Shown: in pieces, positions 26,805 through 35,752 of the stretch
Numbering within the stretch: position 1 is the stretch's first letter
How the letters are laid out: each line of letters starts with the position of its first letter
Program-made: the position numbers and the translations under genes
Assembly (NCBI GenBank): GCA_943356485.1
Contig: CALRFD010000003.1
Coordinates: 7,702 to 71,701 of the forward strand
Direction of reading: 5' to 3'
Length of the DNA stretch: 64,000 nt
Source of the DNA: Patescibacteria group bacterium
Lineage (GTDB): Bacteria; Patescibacteriota; Microgenomatia; Daviesbacterales; UBA10151
Notes under the pieces: model-generated
The model's database searches: none
Seen by the model: only the letters and a program-made list of their open reading frames with translations
Told to the model about the DNA's origin: nothing

Positions 26805-29800
26805 ATGGCTGATAATAGCGGGGTAGAAAGAAATACCTATGAAGCAAGAAATTTATTGGCTCCCGGCAATCCAATTTCTCAACTTGTAGAAATACGGGAT
26901 TTAGGTACAGATAGATTTAGAGAGCAGTTTAAAGGTGAAGTTGTAGATGTTAAAAAAATAGGAGAAGTAGTTGCAATTTTAGAAAAGCAAAGTGATAAAT
27001 ATGAATTAGCTGTTTTCAATAAACAAGCTACACCGATAAGAGTTCCTCTTGATCCTACTGTAGTAGAAATTCTTGCTTCTTCCAGAGGAGATTATATAGA
27101 TGTTAGTTCTAAGCCTGATGTTTCTACAGAAAAATTGCAGAATATTTTAGGAAGGATGGGGTTTCACCTAAGAGATTTTAACCCGGTTGTAGAAACTTGG
27201 AGTGAATTATTCTTCAATTGTCGTTCGATTGGCTTCCCCGACCTTTATGTCAGGAGTCGTGTTTTAAATAGGGGAGCTAATATTAGTATACCAATGGGTG
27301 ATTGGAATCTGGAAGTAATGGAGGATCAAAATAAGCAGGCAACATTTGTTTTAGGAGTAGGTGGTAGCTATTTTGAAATGTACCCAAATGGACCGTTCAA
27401 AAAGCTTCCTCTTTCAGGGGAGGAGTTTGCGAAGCTAGAAGAGTTGGATAAAGATTTACCAGGAGATCTACAAATTGTGAAGGGTTATAATTTATTTCAT
27501 ATTACAAATAATACAGGACTCCAACAAGGATACTCTGGTTTGAGTCCTACTCAGGATCCCTCTAATCCTGGTATTTTATATTTTATAAATTCAGGTCAAG
27601 TTTACAGTTTGGATACTAAGGGTGTCCTGGATAGAACAACTTACCCTGTTTCTGAATCTCAGATTAAGATACAAGATCCTCAGGAGTTAGCGATTGATCC
27701 AAATGGGAATTTTTTAATTATTCGATCTTCTGATAATAAGCTGTCTATTGTCGATAAGGAAACAGGAGATATTGCCGAAGTTGTTGAAGATGTTAAAGGA
27801 TTTTTAACCGTTGATAAATTGGGGGGTATTGTTTACCTTGATACTCAAGATAAACTACGCGAAGTTCAGGCTAATTTTCAAACTATTCCTCCTGGAGGCA
27901 GTAAATTGCTACTAGAGAAAAAAGAGGCGCAGTTAAGAGAACAACAGGAAAGGTTTGCTAATTTAGAACTGGGAAAAGTAACGGGAAAAAGTCGGGCCGC
28001 AATATCAGAAGTAGATGTGGCTAATACTCTAAGAGAAACTATTTCAAGACAGGTTCTTGAACCTATCAATTCTGCAACAAATCCAGTAGTTTTAGAAGAT
28101 ATTTTAGATAGGCTGCAGGGATTAAAAGTAGATCCTGCCAATCAGGCATATCAGGAAGTTATTGATGAGTTTATTACTCAAGCAAGAGGTAAACTGAGTG
28201 GAATTAGAACTGCAGAATTTAGTACCCAACTTGACTCTTATAAACTGGCTTTAGATGAAGTTAAAAGCGTAGGTGATACTATTGGTTTGGATGAACAATT
28301 TGCCAGGATTTTAGAATTAAGGCAAAAACTTGATGTAGTTGATCCTCAACAAAGAAGAGAGGTTGAACAAAGATTGCGTACTCTTCAAACCCGGAAAGAC
28401 ACTTTGAATAATCAGTATCAGGGTGAGTTAATAGCAGCTGTAAACGAAGCTATACCTCAGATTGAACAACTGATAGAAGAAACCGGTTCGCCTCAGGAGC
28501 TTGCTTATTTTTCAACTTCAGTGCAAGCGCAACAGTTTGAAATGATGCTTGCCAATATTAGAGATCCACAAGTAAGAAAGGAGTTGCGTGATAAATATAG
28601 CGCAATGAGAACAAAGCAAAGAGGAAAATTAGAAGAGGGAAACAGACAGCTGGAAGAGCAGGACAGACAAAGATGGGCGCAAGTGGTAGATGAAGCCCGT
28701 GAGGATTTAGCTTCCTTGAGAGAACAGATTGAGCAATTATCAGACTCTGGTGAAGTAGACCGCTTTGGTAGAAATCCACTAGTAACAGCTTGGAGAGCTA
28801 AGCTTTTTGCCCTCCCTCCGGAATTAAGGGAAATAGAAGAAAAGAGATTAGAGATTATCCTAGGCGCCCGTAAAAAGGACATGGAGCATCGAAAAGAGTT
28901 AGGAGCGGTTGGTGAAACAGGGGAACTTAAGTTTGGAAATGCTACTTTTCCAATATTTAAAGAACCTCCAAGAATTTGGCAACCCAAGCTTTTACCAAGG
29001 CCAGGCGGTTTTGCGCAGTGGGCAGATTTAATATTTGAGGATTCTCAGGGAAAAATTTGGAGGCCGGCTAAGGATCACGATCTTATTGTCAGCACTGATT
29101 TAAATGATGAAAGGACCAGGATATTAATTGAGCAATATCATAAACAGGCGGATGAATATTTTAGAGGTATTAAAAGAAGAGTTCCTGAATTTGATGAGCA
29201 CTGGAGAATTACAGACTATAATATGGAAAAATTAGAAGAGGTGGTTGAAGCCTTAAATTTACAACTTGCCAACCATAGGGGAATTTTGATTATGCAGGGT
29301 GAGGCTGGTACAGGAAAAAATGTATTAGTGGATATGTTGGCTAATCTGTCTGATCGGGAAGTTATAACTGTTGCCTGTAATGAAAACAGTACGAAGGAAG
29401 ATCTAACATACGATTTTGATTATGATCCAAAAACGGGCACTGTCAGATGGCCTTCACGGCTTTTAGAAGGTTTACAAACTCCTGGCACAATTATCCTTTT
29501 TGATGAAATTAATGCTCTTAAACCAGGCATTTCGAAAATGTTAAATTCACTTTTCGATTATAGGAGAAGATTACTCTTTACCTCAGGAGGAACAGCAAAA
29601 GAAATTATTACTGATCCTACGGTTCTTTTCCTGGGTACTATGAATCCACAGAATTATGGTGGAGTAAACAGGTTATCCCCTGAAGTAAAATCCAGAGCCA
29701 GAGTAGTTGATATTGACTATCCGCCATTTGAGGTGGCAAGAAATGGGAGAACATATTACAGGAGTGATGAAGCAGAAATGTTAGCGGCTTATATGGATGG

Positions 29801-30167
29801 CCTCTCTGATTTTAAGCAGCCAGAAGTTAGGCAAATCTGGCATTACTTAATAAATAGAGATACGACAAATGGAGCAGACAGGATGCTATCGGGTAATCCT
29901 CAGATAGAAACAGATGTAAGGCGAGTATATGATGTCATAAGAGTGGCTAATAGACTTAGGGAGATGTATACCGCTTACCAAGTTGGTGATTCAAATGAAC
30001 CAATGGATTTTCCAACATCCTTGCGGGAAGTAACTGATATTGTTATGGAAATGAACCACCGCCAGGGTGTCAAACCAATGATTAAAAGGGTTATTGTTCC
30101 AAAGATAGATGATAGAAGGCAGAAAAAATTAGTTGAGCAAACCATAGATGCAGTTCTACCGGCTTAG
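26805..30167 (+). CDS. MoxR/CbbQ-like AAA+ ATPase with long N-terminal extension
   Basis: GEAGTGKN (Walker A), LFDEIN (Walker B), GTMNP, LSPEVKSR. Confidence 0.85.
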   Translation: MADNSGVERNTYEARNLLAPGNPISQLVEIRDLGTDRFREQFKGEVVDVKKIGEVVAILEKQSDKYELAVFNKQATPIRVPLDPTVVEILASSRGDYIDVSSKPDVSTEKLQNILGRMGFHLRDFNPVVETWSELFFNCRSIGFPDLYVRSRVLNRGANISIPMGDWNLEVMEDQNKQATFVLGVGGSYFEMYPNGPFKKLPLSGEEFAKLEELDKDLPGDLQIVKGYNLFHITNNTGLQQGYSGLSPTQDPSNPGILYFINSGQVYSLDTKGVLDRTTYPVSESQIKIQDPQELAIDPNGNFLIIRSSDNKLSIVDKETGDIAEVVEDVKGFLTVDKLGGIVYLDTQDKLREVQANFQTIPPGGSKLLLEKKEAQLREQQERFANLELGKVTGKSRAAISEVDVANTLRETISRQVLEPINSATNPVVLEDILDRLQGLKVDPANQAYQEVIDEFITQARGKLSGIRTAEFSTQLDSYKLALDEVKSVGDTIGLDEQFARILELRQKLDVVDPQQRREVEQRLRTLQTRKDTLNNQYQGELIAAVNEAIPQIEQLIEETGSPQELAYFSTSVQAQQFEMMLANIRDPQVRKELRDKYSAMRTKQRGKLEEGNRQLEEQDRQRWAQVVDEAREDLASLREQIEQLSDSGEVDRFGRNPLVTAWRAKLFALPPELREIEEKRLEIILGARKKDMEHRKELGAVGETGELKFGNATFPIFKEPPRIWQPKLLPRPGGFAQWADLIFEDSQGKIWRPAKDHDLIVSTDLNDERTRILIEQYHKQADEYFRGIKRRVPEFDEHWRITDYNMEKLEEVVEALNLQLANHRGILIMQGEAGTGKNVLVDMLANLSDREVITVACNENSTKEDLTYDFDYDPKTGTVRWPSRLLEGLQTPGTIILFDEINALKPGISKMLNSLFDYRRRLLFTSGGTAKEIITDPTVLFLGTMNPQNYGGVNRLSPEVKSRARVVDIDYPPFEVARNGRTYYRSDEAEMLAAYMDGLSDFKQPEVRQIWHYLINRDTTNGADRMLSGNPQIETDVRRVYDVIRVANRLREMYTAYQVGDSNEPMDFPTSLREVTDIVMEMNHRQGVKPMIKRVIVPKIDDRRQKKLVEQTIDAVLPA

Positions 30168-30478
30168 TCAAGCAAATCTGTTTTTTGCTCTGTTAAATAA
30201 GGCCTTAGTTCCTCGAGGGGTAATCTGGAAAGGGTGGCACAAATCTGGTCGATAGAAACAATTTTGTCCAGAATGAAAACCTTATCATCTAATCTGGTAG
30301 GATCATCGTCTGTTAATACTCTGTTATGATCAACAACGCTCTGAAGGAATTCAACTGTGCCAACAGTTATTACATATGGCTTATCGCCGCGCACTAAGTG
30401 GATATCCTGGGCTATCACCGCTAGGTTTTGATCCTTGATTTCACCTATTAAATAACAAGACTGATCTGCTTCTTTCAT
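30164..30478 (-). CDS. Small hypothetical protein, possible immunity protein
   Basis: 104 aa, start overlaps the stop of the upstream gene; YVITVGTVEFL is reminiscent of Imm8. Confidence 0.5.
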   Translation of the reverse strand: MKEADQSCYLIGEIKDQNLAVIAQDIHLVRGDKPYVITVGTVEFLQSVVDHNRVLTDDDPTRLDDKVFILDKIVSIDQICATLSRLPLEELRPYLTEQKTDLLD

Positions 30479-31335
30479 AATCTGCTTTTTCCTTTGATAA
30501 TAGACCTGGGTTGGGTTGTCAAAACTGCTAACACCTCATCCTGTTTCGCTTTATCACAAACTGCGATCCGTATTATAACAGGAGTGTCGTTAACTCTGCC
30601 AAATTCTATAAAATAGACTCGTTGTCCGGCAACATTACCCAGATAGCAGATCGGTCTGTTTGTAATTTGATTTTTTATTGTTTTAATAAAGCTTGATTTT
30701 CTTTTAATAAAATCAGGTAGATAGGTATAAAGTAAAGTATCTGCATGTTTGTTTTGCTCCCTGGTTAATTGGGCTGCGACTTGCGCTAGCTTGCCCCTTA
30801 CAATGCTGCCATAATAAAATTTCTGTCCTTCTGTATCAGATAATGTAACCATTGCCAAAGGGATCTCCTCTGTTTTTTTTAACCATGGCAAATCCATATT
30901 ACTTATCAAAAGCCTTTGATCAGACATTCTGGTTTCCTTAAAACCTGAAGGCAGGCCTTTTTTAAACTCAGCCCGGCTTCTCTTTTTGGATAAATCATCA
31001 GGTTCAGCAACTTTTTGAACGGATTCCTCAACTGTAGGTTGAATTGATGGTTTCGGGGCTACCGGCTTTTCAATTACTGTGACTGGCACGCTTTCGTTTT
31101 TTTGCTGACTACTCTCCCGGGTATCTTCAACCAGTCTACCGGCTAATGATCTCTCAAGTGCCCCTATTGCGAGTCTTCTTTCAGCTAACTCGCGTACCCT
31201 TTTTTGTTCGGAGGTTTCCTTTATAACCTGCTTTGGTTGCCTTGGCTCATCCGGCATCTTGTCTAAAATGGCTCTTATAGTAAAAGATCCTGCGCTAGGT
31301 TTTCCTGGATTCCCGCCTTCTCTCTGCTCACTCAT
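30475..31335 (-). CDS. Hypothetical protein with disordered N-terminus and RelE/HigB-like C-terminus
   Basis: GQRVYFIEF...VIIRIAVCDKAKQDEV resembles HigB/RelE YRVYF...LLCGGDK.TQ. Confidence 0.5.
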   Translation of the reverse strand: MSEQREGGNPGKPSAGSFTIRAILDKMPDEPRQPKQVIKETSEQKRVRELAERRLAIGALERSLAGRLVEDTRESSQQKNESVPVTVIEKPVAPKPSIQPTVEESVQKVAEPDDLSKKRSRAEFKKGLPSGFKETRMSDQRLLISNMDLPWLKKTEEIPLAMVTLSDTEGQKFYYGSIVRGKLAQVAAQLTREQNKHADTLLYTYLPDFIKRKSSFIKTIKNQITNRPICYLGNVAGQRVYFIEFGRVNDTPVIIRIAVCDKAKQDEVLAVLTTQPRSIIKGKSRL

Positions 31336-31366
31336 AAAAATATTATAGCATCTTTTATACAGGGAT

Positions 31367-31426
31367 CTAATCTCCCTAGGTGTCCTAAATTCTACACCCC
31401 CCAGGTGAGCTTACAGGTGAGATTAG
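31367..31426 (+). repeat. REP-like repeat family B (right of vWA/MoxR module)
   Basis: Direct repeat of 24351-24397; CTAATCTC...GAGATTAG closes an outer stem. Confidence 0.88.
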
Positions 31427-31613
31427 TCTTGCAAATGCCTTGCGGCCTCACAGGGCGATTTAGAACTTTTATACTGCCACAAAAGTTTTAGTCCAATACT
31501 CTGTATAGGCAGGCCACATAGGTAACACTTATGCCTAAACGTATATATGGCCTGGCTACATATAAAACAGTAAATTTTTGGAACGTCTGGTATAATTAGC
31601 CAAATAATATATT

Positions 31614-32570
31614 ATGGTTGAGCACAAAGATCCGCAATTTACAGAACCAAATTTAGAAAAACTTCTAGGTTCAAATTCAACCTTGAAGCTGGCATGTTTT
31701 ATAGAAGATTATGTAAGTAATACAGGGCGAGACCTGTTAACGAGTGGTAAATATACATATCCTTCTAAGGATGTTCACCCAATATATCGGCTTCAAAAAT
31801 GGGCGGAATCAGTTGATAGAAAAATAGTTGCCTATTCCGCTACTTTTAAACCTAAAGACGAGGTTTCAGTTATAGCAATGGTTAATGAGATGGTAAAAGC
31901 AGGAAAGCTTAGTCAAAATTTACCTTTTCTGAGTGATCGGTATCCTCCTGGTTTATTTCCCGCTGATCATTATCGTTGGGAGCTAATTAGTAGTCTATTT
32001 GGTATTGATACAACAATTCTTGCAAAAAGGCGGCCAACATATCCAGGGACGAATAATACATTAGTAGAGTTAAATCTCCCAAGCTATTATAAAATGGAGA
32101 ATACGGAAACGACTGCGGATGTAATGCTTAAACTCATAAGAGATGCGTTATCTGGCAAAGGTTCTGTTGTAGAGCTAAGAGATGAATATCCTAGTATACA
32201 AAGGACTCATATAGCTGCACCTACAGCTTTAGAAAATGTTTTTGCAATTATCCGCACTACTCATTCTAATATAGATATAGATAGATCTGGGTTGCGAACA
32301 GGATATCCTTCAATAGAGAGTCTGGACCTACATTTAGGAGTAGCCTTTCTTGCAGCGGTAAGACCTTTAACCGCTGAGCAATATGAAAAATATGTTCCGA
32401 GCGGAATAAAAAGAGACGAATCAGCGACAACATTTGACTTTCGTGATCATCAGTTAATGCGAGATAAAGAAAGAAGACAATCAGCAAGAGCTAGGCAAGA
32501 AAAATTTGATTATTTAATTAAAAAGTGGTTGGATGAATTTCCCAATGGAAGCCTTCCTCCTGTGATTTGA
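31614..32570 (+). CDS. Hypothetical protein
   Basis: 318-aa ORF with TGGTATAAT upstream. Confidence 0.6.
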   Translation: MVEHKDPQFTEPNLEKLLGSNSTLKLACFIEDYVSNTGRDLLTSGKYTYPSKDVHPIYRLQKWAESVDRKIVAYSATFKPKDEVSVIAMVNEMVKAGKLSQNLPFLSDRYPPGLFPADHYRWELISSLFGIDTTILAKRRPTYPGTNNTLVELNLPSYYKMENTETTADVMLKLIRDALSGKGSVVELRDEYPSIQRTHIAAPTALENVFAIIRTTHSNIDIDRSGLRTGYPSIESLDLHLGVAFLAAVRPLTAEQYEKYVPSGIKRDESATTFDFRDHQLMRDKERRQSARARQEKFDYLIKKWLDEFPNGSLPPVI

Positions 32571-32640
32571 TGGAGCATCTTTAGTGAAACTAAAAGGATG
32601 GGCTATTTTTTAAGTAAGCATCAGAGGAAACTGAAATTTG

Positions 32641-32715
32641 CGCCCCTGGAGGGACTTGAACCCCCAAAACCTCTTCGTCCGAAGCGAAGCGCTCTATCCA
32701 TTGAGCTACAGGGGC
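32641..32715 (-). tRNA. tRNA-Arg (TCG)
   Basis: Reverse complement GCCCCTGTAGCTCAATGGATAGAGCG-CTTCG-CTTCGGA-CGAAG...GGTTCAAGTCC...CAGGGGCG. Confidence 0.93.
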
Positions 32716-33140
32716 ATAATTTTCTTATGCCAACCAAATTGTATCGATGTTTTACGGCGATGACAATTTGCGCATCTTACCTGGCATTTTTCTATTTCCT
32801 TTTTAACATCTAACAATTTTTTATCCCTTCCGACTGAAGAGATTGTAAAAGTCTTGTCCCTTATATGATCAAATTCTAATACAATTGGATCTTTTTCTCC
32901 ACAATCAACACAAGAATGACTAGATAAATAACTCCAAATATATATTTTAATCTCCCTTCTAATCATTTGATTTCTTCTTTGAGCCTTTTGCAAATAATAT
33001 TCTCTATTTTTTTCGTAGTGTGAGCGTATATATAGTCGGCTGCAATCCTTGCAGTGATATTGTCTTAATCCTTTTGATTGGTTTTTAAAATTGAACTCAG
33101 TTATAGATTTTTGTTTTCTACAGCGACTGCATCTTCTCAT
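32706..33140 (-). CDS. HNH endonuclease with zinc-finger N-terminus
   Basis: CSRC...CKDC, CVDCGEKDPIVLEFDH...CQVRCANCHRRKT. Confidence 0.85.
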   Translation of the reverse strand: MRRCSRCRKQKSITEFNFKNQSKGLRQYHCKDCSRLYIRSHYEKNREYYLQKAQRRNQMIRREIKIYIWSYLSSHSCVDCGEKDPIVLEFDHIRDKTFTISSVGRDKKLLDVKKEIEKCQVRCANCHRRKTSIQFGWHKKIMPL

Positions 33141-33193
33141 CCTCTAACTTTAACTAAGCTGTACCTTGAAATCAAGAAAGCCTCCGAAGCTTA

Positions 33194-34021
33194 CTACGCC
33201 TTGTTTTGTTTAATTAATTCCAGACCCCCATACAACCCGCTCTCGCCTAAACTGGATGTTAGAATCTTTGGAGCGGTTGGGAATATCTTAAGCAGGTCGG
33301 AAACGTATCCGATAACTTTATCCATCGGAATACTTTTTGTAACACTCCCGCCTAAAATTATAACCTCAGGTGACCAATGCACAATTGTATTATGTAAACC
33401 TAAGCTTAAGTTATATGCAACATGATTCCAAATTTCAGGGTCAGCTATCTTACTTGCCGCTTTATGATACTTTCTTTCTAAATAATAACCACCAATTAAG
33501 GTTTCTAAATGCCCTTTTCCTCCGCAATTGCAATCCTCGCCATCAGGTAGGATTATTTGATGTCCGGCTTCAAAGCCTTGCGTATTTCTATCAATCCTCC
33601 CATCCACAATTCTAACACTGCCTACTCCTGTGCCTATTGCCAGGTATGCAACAATCCTAAAGCCTTTGCCTGCTCCTAAAACCGCCTCACCCAACCCCCC
33701 TAGCGCAACATCATTTTCTAAAAAAACCGGTGCCTTAAAAAGATTTTCTAACTCTTTTTTTAAAGGCTTATTAATCCAGCCGTCAATATGTGGACTTTTA
33801 ACCAGCATGGTTTTTTCTTTATCAATTGGCCCGGCAACTCCTCCGGCAACTGCTATAATTTTTTCTCCGCCTGAGAGCTCATCTGCCAGTTGCTTAATAT
33901 TTTGAATACCTGTCTCAAAGTCCTGGGGAGTGGGGACAATTTTTATTTGATCAATAGTTTCGCCGTCCTTGGAGACAGCCAGCCTCATATTTGTCCCGCC
34001 AATATCAAAACTTAAGTACAT
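33194..34021 (-). CDS. ROK family sugar kinase (glucokinase-like)
   Basis: FDIGGTN, LENDV, IGTGVG, EAGH...CNCGGKGHLE. Confidence 0.92.
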   Translation of the reverse strand: MYLSFDIGGTNMRLAVSKDGETIDQIKIVPTPQDFETGIQNIKQLADELSGGEKIIAVAGGVAGPIDKEKTMLVKSPHIDGWINKPLKKELENLFKAPVFLENDVALGGLGEAVLGAGKGFRIVAYLAIGTGVGSVRIVDGRIDRNTQGFEAGHQIILPDGEDCNCGGKGHLETLIGGYYLERKYHKAASKIADPEIWNHVAYNLSLGLHNTIVHWSPEVIILGGSVTKSIPMDKVIGYVSDLLKIFPTAPKILTSSLGESGLYGGLELIKQNKA

Positions 34022-34064
34022 ATGAATTTACAATGTACAATTTACAATGTAGAATTACAATAGA

Positions 34065-34997
34065 ATGAAAATAGGATATATTGGCCTAGGCCGCATGGGG
34101 AAAAATATGGTTCTACGTCTTTTAGAACAAGGGATTGAGGTGGTAGCCTTTAACAGATCGCCTGATCCGGTTAAGGAAGTAGTTGCAAAAGGGGTAATCG
34201 GGGCAGAAAATATTGAGAATCTGGTTTCAAAACTAGACGAGCCAAGAATTATCTGGTTAATGCTTCCTGCGGGTGAGGTAACAGATGAGTATATTGAAAA
34301 ATTACTGCCTTTGCTCAGTCCGGGCGATTTGATCATAGACGGGGCTAATTCTTTTTATAAAGACACTTTAAGAAGAAACAGTTTAATTACCTCCAAAGGT
34401 ATCCACTTTATGGATATCGGTGTTTCAGGAGGCCCCAGAGGTGCTAGAGAAGGTGCTTGTTTGATGATTGGCGGCGGCGAAGAAGACTTTCAAAAGATAG
34501 AGGAGTTGGCAAGGGCTGCATCAGCGCCTCATTCGTACCAACATTTAGGAGCAATCGGGGCAGGACATTTTGCCAAAATGGTACATAACGGTATTGAGTA
34601 TGGGATGATGGAGGCAATAGGAGAAGGGTTGGCTATCTTAAAAGGTTCAGATTATAGATATGATTTTGTAAAACTATTGGATTTGTATAACCATGGATCG
34701 GTTGTTGAGTCGAGATTAATTGGTTGGGCGATGGAAGCATTTAAAGAAGATGCGGATTTATCAGATACCTCACCCATAATTGGTTCAGGCGGAGCTGGAA
34801 AGGAAAAAGTCAAAGCAGAAGGGGATTGGACCCTGCAGCTAGCTTTGGAGATGGGAATAAGCGCGCCGGCTTTGCAGGGAGCAGTTGACGTGCGTCATAA
34901 CTCATCCAAAGACAGTGAGGAATCAGCTAATGGTTTTAGAAATAAGGTGATCTCTGCTATGCGCGGTCAATTCGGCCAGCATGCAGTTAAAAAATAA
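34065..34997 (+). CDS. gnd: 6-phosphogluconate dehydrogenase (short type)
   Basis: IGLGRMG, IDGANS, GVSGG, GAGHFAKMVHNGIEYG, MRGQFGQH. Confidence 0.93.
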   Translation: MKIGYIGLGRMGKNMVLRLLEQGIEVVAFNRSPDPVKEVVAKGVIGAENIENLVSKLDEPRIIWLMLPAGEVTDEYIEKLLPLLSPGDLIIDGANSFYKDTLRRNSLITSKGIHFMDIGVSGGPRGAREGACLMIGGGEEDFQKIEELARAASAPHSYQHLGAIGAGHFAKMVHNGIEYGMMEAIGEGLAILKGSDYRYDFVKLLDLYNHGSVVESRLIGWAMEAFKEDADLSDTSPIIGSGGAGKEKVKAEGDWTLQLALEMGISAPALQGAVDVRHNSSKDSEESANGFRNKVISAMRGQFGQHAVKK

Positions 34998-35012
34998 ATC
35001 CCTTCATTCCCG

Positions 35013-35732
35013 CTATTTATCCGGAGTTTCATTTTTGTGTTTTTTCCAATAATCCATCGATTTGAGTAAAAAAATATCCGGGTCTAGTTCTTCACCGTAC
35101 ATTCGATGGAAAAGGGTTGATTTCTTCCCTCGAATTGCTGCCGCTCTTCTTAGGCTAATCGGCGGGGCTGGCGTTTCTTCTATTTCCGCAGGTTCGATTC
35201 TTTCTTTTTTAACCGGGAATACCCACTGACGTACATCAAGTCCAAACTCTTTTCTGTCTGTTTCACTAAATGAGTTAAATCTTAATACTGCCAGATCAGT
35301 TAAAAAAGCATGGATCCTATTCCAGGGTTTACCTCTAAAATTCCAACTCCTTAGGTCTTCCTGAAAAAGTGTTATGGCTAAAACATCCTCGGAAGCCCTG
35401 GCTGTCCTGGTTCTGGGGATTTCCAAATTTAAAGCTCTTATTTCCCCAAGGACAGTACCCTTTCCGCCAATTCTGGCTTGTATCTCTTCAGCTGCAAACC
35501 TTCCGGCTTTTATGATATCTACAGATCCTTTAATAAAAACAAAAAGTTTATTGTCATCAGATCCTTGCGCACCCTGTTTAACTAAATCAACCCCTTCCCT
35601 AAACAATACTCTTCTGATGCCTCTTCCATACTCTTCATAAATTGCCTCATAGAACTCCTCAGGAAGCCTGGCAGAAGTATTTAACTCTACTCCATATTTA
35701 TTATCGCTATTTTTTGATTCCGGGTTAGCCAT
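35013..35732 (-). CDS. Cyclic-nucleotide-binding domain protein
   Basis: LFVFIKGSVDI...GTVLGEIRAL...PRTRTARA phosphate-binding cassette. Confidence 0.7.
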   Translation of the reverse strand: MANPESKNSDNKYGVELNTSARLPEEFYEAIYEEYGRGIRRVLFREGVDLVKQGAQGSDDNKLFVFIKGSVDIIKAGRFAAEEIQARIGGKGTVLGEIRALNLEIPRTRTARASEDVLAITLFQEDLRSWNFRGKPWNRIHAFLTDLAVLRFNSFSETDRKEFGLDVRQWVFPVKKERIEPAEIEETPAPPISLRRAAAIRGKKSTLFHRMYGEELDPDIFLLKSMDYWKKHKNETPDK

Positions 35733-35752
35733 ATTACTATTTTATCATAAAA

